The translations under genes and the position numbers were made by a program. Source: an uncultured Verrucomicrobiota bacterium (lineage in GTDB: Bacteria > Verrucomicrobiota > Verrucomicrobiia > Limisphaerales > UBA1412). From it: a stretch of 64,000 nucleotides of DNA. Below, one piece after another: positions 29,122-37,323 of the stretch (position 1 is its first letter; each line of letters opens with the position of its first letter). Where the stretch lies: assembly GCA_944389455.1 (NCBI GenBank), contig CALXMK010000007.1:19637-83636 (forward strand), given 5' to 3'. Under the pieces are notes generated by a model. The model saw nothing but the letters and a program-made list of their open reading frames with translations, was not told where the DNA came from and did not search any database.

Positions 29122-30312
29122 TCAGAATAGATTCAGACTTCTATGCCTTTCAATAATTGATTTGCTTAAATTGTCAAGTTCTGCAATCGTTTCGGATGTT
29201 CCCGCTCCTTTTGCGAAGACTGGTGGCAATATTTCCAAAGAGAGTCCTTGTAAAAGACTTGAGATTTGAATTGGGATCTTTGTCCCGCTCCAACCATAAG
29301 ATCCAAATAGGGCCGCAAATTGAGCTTTAGGCTTGAGAGCTCCTACCAAAAGTGCAATATAAGCAGCCAGCGGATGTGCTCCGGTCAAAATACAGCCTGT
29401 ACCAATAGCAATCGTCGCTGAATCTACCAGTTCACCGGCAACTCTGCCTAAATCAGCACGGGTAAGATCGTATGGAGCCACGATAATTCCTGCTTCAGTT
29501 AGTAATTGGGTAAGATGCTCTGCCATTCGTGCTGTTGCACCGTGAGTAGAAACCCAGGGCATAAGGACTTTATTTTTTGGAGGTTCATCAACCCATTCCT
29601 CGTATAGAGAAATAGCGATTGAAGGATTTTTAAAAACAGGTCCGTGACTTGGACAGATGATTTGAGGATTAAGGCTCTTAACAGTTTTAAGGTGTTTAGA
29701 GACTTGTATACGATATGGCATCATGATTTGTGCATAATATCGTTTCATTGGCTCATAGAAAAGGCATAGATCATTTGTGAATATATCCGAAACTGCCAAG
29801 TGTGAACCAAACAGGTCACAGGGAAAAAGTATTTGATCTTCCTGAAGCCACGTCATCATAGTTTCGGGCCAATGAATCCAAGGAGTTAAAATAAATTCTA
29901 ATGTTTTTCCACCTAAATCAAGTGTTTCACGATCTTTTACAACAATGATCCGGTCCTGAGGGATTTGTGGCATCAGGGTTAAAAGCAATTCTTTACATTT
30001 TTGATTTGTGACCAGTTTACAGTCTGGATAGAGGGCAAGAATATCTGGAATGCAGCCAGAGTGATCCTGTTCGGCATGATTGGAGATAACATAATCCAAT
30101 TGAGAGAGGGAAGCTGATTTGAGATTATTTAAAAACAGATGTTTTAATTCTGGTTCAACAGTATCAATTAATGCTGTTTTTTGGCTTCCCTGAATTAGAT
30201 AGGAATTATATGTTGTTCCTTCAGGTGTTGGAATAAGGGCATCAAAAAGCCTGCGATCGTAGTGAGAGACTCCTACATAAGAAACGTTCTTACAAATTTG
30301 TTCTTTTGCCAT
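29122..30312 (-). CDS. fprA: FprA-type flavodiiron protein
   Basis: GTTYNSY, HAEQDHSG, HWPE, DLFG, PSHG; C-terminal flavodoxin with FGSYGWS. Confidence 0.92.
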   Translation of the reverse strand: MAKEQICKNVSYVGVSHYDRRLFDALIPTPEGTTYNSYLIQGSQKTALIDTVEPELKHLFLNNLKSASLSQLDYVISNHAEQDHSGCIPDILALYPDCKLVTNQKCKELLLTLMPQIPQDRIIVVKDRETLDLGGKTLEFILTPWIHWPETMMTWLQEDQILFPCDLFGSHLAVSDIFTNDLCLFYEPMKRYYAQIMMPYRIQVSKHLKTVKSLNPQIICPSHGPVFKNPSIAISLYEEWVDEPPKNKVLMPWVSTHGATARMAEHLTQLLTEAGIIVAPYDLTRADLGRVAGELVDSATIAIGTGCILTGAHPLAAYIALLVGALKPKAQFAALFGSYGWSGTKIPIQISSLLQGLSLEILPPVFAKGAGTSETIAELDNLSKSIIERHRSLNLF

Positions 30313-30341
30313 AAAAAATAACCCCCCAGAAAATACTGGGG
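30313..30341 (-). terminator. Terminator-like hairpin between FHA gene and fprA
   Basis: CCCCAG-N6-CTGGGG stem, followed on minus strand by GGTTATTTTTT directly before the fprA ATG. Confidence 0.5.
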
Positions 30342-30352
30342 ATAGGGTGATG

Positions 30353-30817
30353 CTATTTAAGTAAAAGCCAAAGTATGATTAAGATAACAACTGCTCCGCC
30401 TCCCGCAAGAAGATAGATATTCATTTTGTTATCTTTTTTCTTAAAAGCAGGATTTATCGCAGGAGTTCCAGCCCCTACCTCATTGAGTTTAATTCCTCCA
30501 CGGTGTGAGGCCATCACTTTTTTAAAAGGAGTGCCATCATCAAGTCTGAGCTCACATTGTCCAAGGCGAAGTATCATACCAGCTTTGAGCTGTGCTTCCG
30601 TGATCTTTTCGTCATCAATATAGGTGCCGTTTGTAGAGTTAAGATCTTTAATGGTTAAAGTGTTGTCTTTAAAAACGATTTCGCAGTGATGTCCCGAAAC
30701 TGATCCTTCTGGGATACAAAAATTATTTTCATCAGCACGTCCCACAGAGAAAGTTCCCTCTTTGAGTTCGAATTCTTGTCCTTTAAGACTCTCTGTCAGA
30801 ATAATTAGTTTCGGCAT
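30353..30817 (-). CDS. FHA-domain protein with C-terminal membrane anchor
   Basis: VGRA, SVSGHH, DLNSTNGT motifs; terminal hydrophobic helix. Confidence 0.88.
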   Translation of the reverse strand: MPKLIILTESLKGQEFELKEGTFSVGRADENNFCIPEGSVSGHHCEIVFKDNTLTIKDLNSTNGTYIDDEKITEAQLKAGMILRLGQCELRLDDGTPFKKVMASHRGGIKLNEVGAGTPAINPAFKKKDNKMNIYLLAGGGAVVILIILWLLLK

Positions 30818-30882
30818 AACAACAAATATATTTTTACTGTGGCTTAAGTGATTTTAGAAATCAAATTGTTTTTTTCTTAATA

Positions 30883-30909
30883 GCGAGACTGCTCAGTCTG
30901 CAGTCTCGC
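30883..30909. terminator. Perfect 10-bp hairpin downstream of S8 peptidase gene
   Basis: GCGAGACTGC-N7-GCAGTCTCGC; no adjacent U-tract, so could be a stabilising hairpin. Confidence 0.45.
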
Positions 30910-30937
30910 ATGAATTGTTTATTCAGAATGAATTGGA

Positions 30938-33313
30938 TTATTCTATGTCAACCCGATAGAAGAATTTATTGTCTTTGAGGTTGACTTCATAAGGGCTTTG
31001 AGCCTCTTTGACTCGAGTCCATTCTTTGTTGTCTTGACTGCTATAGAGCACGCCTGTATAAGTTAAAATCAATTTTCCATTCTCAAAACTATAGCGAATA
31101 GAAGGAATACTCAATATTGTTGAATCTCCTTCTTGAGGAATAAGGGCGATTGGAATGCCATGCCAAAGATCATTTTCAATCTCCCATCCGATAGTGCTAT
31201 CGTCATAGTAGATAACAAAGTCAGGAGAAACACCTGCAAAAGAGATGTCCATAGCAGCTGGAGCATTTCCTAAAAATGTTATTGATTGCAGTGAAGAGCA
31301 TCCGTAAAAAGCATAAACACCTAAAGAAGTGAAATTTGTACTGCAGATAACATTTGTTAGTGAACCACAATAGCTGAAAGCGTATTGGTTAATACGCCGA
31401 ATGGTATCCGGTACTTCAAAAGAGGTAATCGGGACATAAGAGAAAGCAGATTCTCCAATGGTATTTACGCTTTCAGGTAGCGTGGTTGAAGAAGCTTTTC
31501 CAGGAGGATAGGAGAGAAGTATTTCTCCATTCTTGCTGAGCAGGAATCCATTTTGGCTGGAATAGTTTTCATTAGCAGGGTCAACATTGATGTTTTCCAA
31601 GCTGGAACAATTGGCTGCCCATTCTGAGGAGAGCAGGGTGACTGAAGCTGGAATATTAATTTCCGTCAGAGAAGAACATAAAGTGAATGCTCCGGTCTCA
31701 ATTGTTTCAACAGATTGTCCAATTATAACATTAGTTATTGATGAGCAATTAGCAAACGCATTTTCTTCAATTTTTAAAACGGTATCACTAATTGTTACAG
31801 AAGTGATATTGGTATTACCATTGAAGGCATCATGATTAATAGAAACCACTGGATAATTATTGATATCCGAAGGAATAGTAACAACAGTGTTAGTCCCAGA
31901 ATAAGAGACAATTACAACACTCTTATCTTGAATTAGATATCTAAAACCATCCGGAGTTTCTAAGGGACGAATTGCACGAGCTGTATTGATGCGACCTCCA
32001 GTTGTACATCTTCTCTTCATGGCAGGAACAGAATCTACACTGTAAAGAATACTGTCTTTGATGTCTTTATAGGAGTATTCATTTTCTCCATATTGACTAA
32101 TACAGAGTGCAGCAACACCCGCAACAAAAGGACAGGCCATAGAGGTTCCTGACATATAGTCATAGCTATTTGCAAAGTTAGGATTGTCAGGTTTATAAAT
32201 TGTAGACCATATGTCTGTACCTGGCGCAAATAAGTGAACAGTCTTGGCTCCATAATTAGAGAATGTACTAATGTTGTCCTCAGAGTCACTGCTACCTACG
32301 GAAATAATGTTATCCAGCTTTGTACAGTAATTCGATGGATAATTAGGAGTCGTGTCGTTATTAGAGGTTTCATTACCAGCTGCACAGACAAACAATATGT
32401 TGGCTTCTTGGCATTTCCTCAGTTCTTCTAAGTAAAGCCGGTTGTAACCAGGTCCACCAAGACTCATATTAATAACCTGAGCATTATTTTTACGTGCATA
32501 TGCAATAGCTTCAATAATGTCAGAGTCTGTTCCAGAGGCTGAATTCCCATTCTTATGTAAAGCTTTGCATGTTATAATTCTCACATTCCAATTTACTCCT
32601 GCAACACCTATTCCATTGTTTCCATGTCCACCAATGATGCCAGAGACGTGTGTTCCATGGCCATGATCATCTTGGGGATCGCCGGTAATTTGGCCATTCT
32701 TGAAGGATGCACCATAGACATCGTCGACAATTCCGTTGTTATCGTTGTCGATGCCGTCTCCCGGAATTTCTCCTTCATTGATCCACATATTATCGATGAG
32801 ATCTTCATGCTGGTAGGAGACGCCGGAGTCGACAACTGCTACTATAACTTTTGATGAATCGGTTGATGTATCCCAAGCATCGAGAGTCTCGGTTATTTCA
32901 AAATGATAGAATTTATCTTTTTCTTTAAAAGCAGGGTCATCGGGGATTGTTTGGCTGGCGGTGCGGATATAATCCGGTTCAGCGTATTCTACCATGCCAC
33001 TCTTAAGATATTCTTTGATTTTATCATGAACATTTTCAAGTGGATTAAAGTTAATAATGTGCCAATCATTATTGGCAGCATTCAAAATGCGAGTCGACTG
33101 AATTCCTTGAAGTTTATTAAATTCCCCCAGAGTTTTCAGGGAAATTCCTTGTTTGGGTTTAACTAAAATTCTTCCGGGATAATAGGGCGCATTGGCCTCT
33201 GCCGCATTTGCGGTAACAAAACCACTCAATAAAAGTGAAATCAGACAGAGGTGCTTGGCTACCGTTTTCATCTTTCTCGTCAAGAAAGAGATATGTAAAA
33301 ATCTTTTCTTCAT
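30938..33313 (-). CDS. Secreted S8 (subtilisin-like) peptidase with BspA-type leucine-rich repeats and C-terminal tail domain
   Basis: Signal peptide; VAVVDSG, HGTHVSG, AAGN, GTSMACP; repeats such as IEENAFANCSSIT, IETGAFTLCSSLTEINIP. Confidence 0.93.
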   Translation of the reverse strand: MKKRFLHISFLTRKMKTVAKHLCLISLLLSGFVTANAAEANAPYYPGRILVKPKQGISLKTLGEFNKLQGIQSTRILNAANNDWHIINFNPLENVHDKIKEYLKSGMVEYAEPDYIRTASQTIPDDPAFKEKDKFYHFEITETLDAWDTSTDSSKVIVAVVDSGVSYQHEDLIDNMWINEGEIPGDGIDNDNNGIVDDVYGASFKNGQITGDPQDDHGHGTHVSGIIGGHGNNGIGVAGVNWNVRIITCKALHKNGNSASGTDSDIIEAIAYARKNNAQVINMSLGGPGYNRLYLEELRKCQEANILFVCAAGNETSNNDTTPNYPSNYCTKLDNIISVGSSDSEDNISTFSNYGAKTVHLFAPGTDIWSTIYKPDNPNFANSYDYMSGTSMACPFVAGVAALCISQYGENEYSYKDIKDSILYSVDSVPAMKRRCTTGGRINTARAIRPLETPDGFRYLIQDKSVVIVSYSGTNTVVTIPSDINNYPVVSINHDAFNGNTNITSVTISDTVLKIEENAFANCSSITNVIIGQSVETIETGAFTLCSSLTEINIPASVTLLSSEWAANCSSLENINVDPANENYSSQNGFLLSKNGEILLSYPPGKASSTTLPESVNTIGESAFSYVPITSFEVPDTIRRINQYAFSYCGSLTNVICSTNFTSLGVYAFYGCSSLQSITFLGNAPAAMDISFAGVSPDFVIYYDDSTIGWEIENDLWHGIPIALIPQEGDSTILSIPSIRYSFENGKLILTYTGVLYSSQDNKEWTRVKEAQSPYEVNLKDNKFFYRVDIE

Positions 33314-33502
33314 CTTATCGTTGTTCGAGTTTTCAATACGAGGTTTGGCTAAACGGGCCCACCTGCATCACAAAGAATTTTAAATATAAATTGAAGTTTA
33401 GACAAGTTTTTTTCTATGAAAAGAGAAGTTTCCAGAGCAAATTATGCTTTGAAGGGAAATAGAGTTCGAAATTTGTTTTTCTAAAAGTTAAAAACAGCGA
33501 TT

Positions 33503-34153
33503 TTATTTCTTTGAAAGCTCTTCTGTAGGAGTTAACCTTGCGATTGCCTCCATTACTTGTTCGGCAACCTCTTTGTATATTTCACGCAGTCGTTCCTTAG
33601 TACATGTTTTGGATTCTTGACGAAGTTCTTTGAAATCTAATGGAGTCCCGTAGCGAATGATGATTTTTTGAGGTTTTGGAAATAAATCTTTTCGGCTATA
33701 AGCTTCAAAAGAGCCAAAAATCCGAGTAGGAATGACGAGAGCTTCAGATTTAATAACTGCTAGTCCAATACCAGTTTGGGCTTTTTGAAGTTTTCCGTCG
33801 CGGGAGCGTGTTCCTTCCGGGAAAAGATTGATAATACAGTCTTGGTGAAGTTGTTCTAAAATGGTTTTGAGCCCAGCCATGCCGCCTCTTTCACGATCAA
33901 TTGGGATGGCATGAACTGTTTTAAGAATCCATGTAATAAGTTTGTTTTTAAATAAAGTGCTGCGTGCAAGATAATGGATGGCCATCGGCAAAGATGTTCC
34001 AATTAATACCGGATCAAGAAAACTGGTATGATTACTGGTGATTAATGCAGGACCCTTGCGAGGGACGTTGTTTACACCATAGATTTCCCATCCAAAATAG
34101 ATTTTAAAGAGAAGTTTGCATGGGAACCAAACGATAAAATAGAGTGGATTCAT
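33503..34153 (-). CDS. plsC: 1-acyl-sn-glycerol-3-phosphate acyltransferase family
   Basis: NHTSFLDP, FPEGTRS. Confidence 0.88.
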   Translation of the reverse strand: MNPLYFIVWFPCKLLFKIYFGWEIYGVNNVPRKGPALITSNHTSFLDPVLIGTSLPMAIHYLARSTLFKNKLITWILKTVHAIPIDRERGGMAGLKTILEQLHQDCIINLFPEGTRSRDGKLQKAQTGIGLAVIKSEALVIPTRIFGSFEAYSRKDLFPKPQKIIIRYGTPLDFKELRQESKTCTKERLREIYKEVAEQVMEAIARLTPTEELSKK

Positions 34154-34165
34154 AAAATAAACGAT

Positions 34166-34855
34166 TTAAATTTCATCAGTTTTATTTGTCGTACCACTTT
34201 TATTTTGACGCTTGGCGAGTTTCTCATAGATTTTTTCTAATAGGAGTTTTGTAGTTTCTTCAGGTGTCATTTCAGAAGTATTTATTGGGATAGCTCCTAA
34301 AGAAAACATGAGAGGAGAAACAGCTCTCTGAGTATCGCGTTTGTCGCGTTCGGCCAGATTTTCGATAATTCCATCAGCTTCTCGGCGCCGAGAGCGCTCG
34401 TCTAAAGATGCATCTAGATAGAATTTAAATTCAGTCTCAGGGAAAATTTCAGAGCCAATATCACGTCCTTCCATGACAATATTACCAAATTTAACACATT
34501 GCCTCTGTTTCCGTTTCATCCAGGCTCGCACAGCTGGAATAGCTGCGACTTTAGGAACGGCTGCACTTGTAGCAGAGGTTCTGATTTCCTGTGCGGGATG
34601 GTAGCCATCAACGGTCAGGTAAACGGCTTTATCAGCGCAAACAAGCTTGGTACGCCATTTTTTGAGAGCGGCAGTAATGGCTTTTGTATCTTCTATATTG
34701 ATGTTTTGCTGGAGGCAATACCAGGCTAGTGTGCGATACATGGCTCCGGTATCCACATAGGTGTATCCGAGCGCAGCTGCCACCCGTTTGGAATTGGTGC
34801 TTTTCCCACTGGCACTCGTGCCGTCTATGGCGATAACAACAGGATTTTCCTTCAT
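34166..34855 (-). CDS. cmk: Cytidylate kinase
   Basis: IAIDGTSASGKST, VDTGAMYR, MEGRDIG, RDKRD. Confidence 0.92.
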   Translation of the reverse strand: MKENPVVIAIDGTSASGKSTNSKRVAAALGYTYVDTGAMYRTLAWYCLQQNINIEDTKAITAALKKWRTKLVCADKAVYLTVDGYHPAQEIRTSATSAAVPKVAAIPAVRAWMKRKQRQCVKFGNIVMEGRDIGSEIFPETEFKFYLDASLDERSRRREADGIIENLAERDKRDTQRAVSPLMFSLGAIPINTSEMTPEETTKLLLEKIYEKLAKRQNKSGTTNKTDEI

Positions 34856-34865
34856 ATTTCTGATG

Positions 34866-34919
34866 CTGTTCCTATTGGCACCCTGCCGCGGAACAGGTGT
34901 ATTTTGGCAATAGAAACAG
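34866..34919 (-). promoter_or_regulatory. Long stem-loop just upstream of cmk
   Basis: Minus strand CTGTTTCTATTG pairs with CAATAGGAACAG (12 bp, one G-U) enclosing CCTG/CAGG; 10 nt before ATG. Confidence 0.4.
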
Positions 34920-35054
34920 GATACTGCAATCTTTTCTTCACTCCTTTATCAAAGCAGCTATAAAACCGGGTTTTAGCTTGTTTTTCAGGAGATTTTAGTT
35001 ATTCTCCTTAAAGAGAGGAGCCTTGCGATTTTCTCTCTGTTATCGGTTGGTTAT

Positions 35055-36674
35055 ATGAAAAATAAGGCAAAGGTTACTCCCAAAATTTCTTCTAGAAGTA
35101 GATCTCTTTTTCATCTCTTACATGGAGGAATGACAGCTCCAGAGCGTCTTATTCCATTAATCATAGTATTAGTTACCACAATGCTTTTTGTAGTGAGGCT
35201 TTCTGGTCCTCCAAATTTAATAGATAATGATCAGGAACGGCCAGCTTCATATGTATTAGATGTTGTTAAAAATGGTCATTGGATTTATCAGACAGATGAG
35301 TTAGGTGATATTGCATCTAAGCCTCCTCTTTATACATGGCTTTCGGCGATTTCTACTTATTTAATGGGACAGGGGAAAATTAGTTTATTGACGCTTTACC
35401 TGCCGTGTTATTTGTCAATAGTGGGAATTGGGCTTCTTCTTTATTTTTGTGGTCGGAGGTCATTTGGAGTGTATGCGGCAGGATTGGGAGCAATGGTATT
35501 TATTATTTCTCCGATGGCAATGAAGCAGGTAGCTCTTGCTCGTACTGACGCACTTTTTACTTTTACAGTTACGCTTTCTGCTTTTATCGGATATTGGTGC
35601 TGGCAGCGAGGTAAAGGGTGGATTTGGTTTTGGATTGGAGTATCTTTGGCCGGGCTGACAAAGGGGCCTTTGGGATTGCTTTTGGCAAGTGGAGGTTTTT
35701 TTAGTTTTATTTGGAATAAAAAAAGTAAAGAGGCTCCGCTTAATCAAAGAAGTATTTCACCTAAAGTTCTTTTAGGAATATGTGTGTTTTTTGCAATAGT
35801 AGGCGGATGGTTTTTGCTAGCTTTTTTTGAGGGAGGAGATGCTCTTTATGAGAAGATTATCAGATCTGAATTAATGGATCATGCAGTTTCTAAAACTTAT
35901 GGTATTCCCGGCGCTGGATTTATATTAACGCCATTTTATCTTGTAACTCGTTTCTTGCCATGGAGTTTAATTGGGGTTTGGGCGATTATAGATGTGTTTA
36001 GACACCCTGCTCAAGAGGAGAATGCTCGCAGACTAGAGAGATTTTTGGTTTGTTGGATCTTATTTGGTTGTTTTGTAATGGCTTTGGGAACCCATCAACG
36101 GGGAGATTTGATTTTTCCTATGGTTCCGCCTTTGGCACTTCTAACGGGAAGAGTTTTAGAAAAAGGTTGGCCGGTGACGTTGAAAGAGAACCCAATGACT
36201 TTTTTAAAAGGGATATCAGTTTTGGCTGCCGTAGGGATTACGATTATTCTTTGCTATAATCGGTTTGTCTTTTCTAAACAAGAGGTGACCTATCGGACTA
36301 AAGCGTTGGAGCGTGCTTCTCAGAATATTCTTAATGCAGGGATCGATTTGAAGTCTTTGAAATATTTTCAGGTTCCTTTTACTTTGCAATTTTATTTGAA
36401 TACAATGACATATGCTACAAAGGAAGAGGATGTAAGAGCTTTTTTTGAATCTGATTTACCAAGTTGTTTAGCAGTAAGTGATTTGGAGAATCTTAAAAAG
36501 GCTCTGGGACCTAAATCTCCTCCTTATAGAGTAATGTTTTGTTGGTATTTAGATAACGAACCTTTCCTTTATATATTAAATAATAATGCGTGGAGTAAAG
36601 AGGCGGAATCTTTGAATAGCTCAAGTTGGTATTTTAATTCTAAGACAATTTATGATGAACCCCAAGTTCGTTAG
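35055..36674 (+). CDS. ArnT/PMT-like (GT-C) lipid-phosphate-sugar-dependent glycosyltransferase
   Basis: Multi-pass membrane protein, DQER, KPPLYTWL, RTD, LTKGPLG, FLPWS. Confidence 0.8.
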   Translation: MKNKAKVTPKISSRSRSLFHLLHGGMTAPERLIPLIIVLVTTMLFVVRLSGPPNLIDNDQERPASYVLDVVKNGHWIYQTDELGDIASKPPLYTWLSAISTYLMGQGKISLLTLYLPCYLSIVGIGLLLYFCGRRSFGVYAAGLGAMVFIISPMAMKQVALARTDALFTFTVTLSAFIGYWCWQRGKGWIWFWIGVSLAGLTKGPLGLLLASGGFFSFIWNKKSKEAPLNQRSISPKVLLGICVFFAIVGGWFLLAFFEGGDALYEKIIRSELMDHAVSKTYGIPGAGFILTPFYLVTRFLPWSLIGVWAIIDVFRHPAQEENARRLERFLVCWILFGCFVMALGTHQRGDLIFPMVPPLALLTGRVLEKGWPVTLKENPMTFLKGISVLAAVGITIILCYNRFVFSKQEVTYRTKALERASQNILNAGIDLKSLKYFQVPFTLQFYLNTMTYATKEEDVRAFFESDLPSCLAVSDLENLKKALGPKSPPYRVMFCWYLDNEPFLYILNNNAWSKEAESLNSSSWYFNSKTIYDEPQVR

Positions 36675-36743
36675 TTTAAATTATTATTAGAGTATCAGTT
36701 TAATATGGTATGAGCTGTCTTTTTGTTGGTTTCAGAAATAAAG

Positions 36744-36777
36744 AAGCGATTCCTCTTTTGAGACAGAAATCGCTTTT
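36744..36777. terminator. Probable bidirectional terminator
   Basis: AAGCGATT...AATCGCTT(TT) between convergent genes. Confidence 0.5.
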
Positions 36778-36793
36778 ACTTATATAAAACAGG

Positions 36794-37270
36794 TTATTCT
36801 CTGGAAATGGCGATGCGTCCAGTGCGAATGATTTCTTCAATGATGAAATGTTTCATTAGTTCGATAAATTTTTCAATTTTCCCTTCATGTCCAGTGACTT
36901 CTAATGTGAGACTATCAGTCTGTACATCAACTATTTTGGCTCGGAAAATTTGAGCCATTTGAATGGCTTCAGTGCGAGTTTTAGGAGTGGTTTGAATTCG
37001 AATAAGAGCAAGTTCTCGGTCGATGTGTTCATCATTTTCACTGAAATCATCGACTTTAAGTACCTCAACAAGTTTATTCAGTTGTTTGACGATCTGTTCA
37101 ATAGTAGATTCATCTCCTTGAGTAACGATGGTCATGCGAGAGAGGGATGGATCATGGGTAGGAGCAACATTAAGAGAGTGAATATTATATCCACGGCCAC
37201 TAAAGAGTCCTGCAATTCTAGTTAGAACGCCAAATTTATTTTCGACTAATACGGATATGATATGCTTCAT
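36794..37270 (-). CDS. ilvN: Acetolactate synthase small (regulatory) subunit
   Basis: VENKFGVLTRIAGLFSGRGYNIHSLNV, KQLNKL, RELALI, RTG. Confidence 0.95.
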   Translation of the reverse strand: MKHIISVLVENKFGVLTRIAGLFSGRGYNIHSLNVAPTHDPSLSRMTIVTQGDESTIEQIVKQLNKLVEVLKVDDFSENDEHIDRELALIRIQTTPKTRTEAIQMAQIFRAKIVDVQTDSLTLEVTGHEGKIEKFIELMKHFIIEEIIRTGRIAISRE

Positions 37271-37279
37271 ACCGATTGA

Positions 37280-37307
37280 ATTATACCTATTTTAAGGGGA
37301 GAGTCAA
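37280..37307 (-). promoter_or_regulatory. Putative sigma70 promoter for ilvN
   Basis: TTGACT (37307-37302), 16 nt, TATAAT (37285-37280), 9 nt, ATG. Confidence 0.65.
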
Positions 37308-37323
37308 ATTTACCTTATATTTT

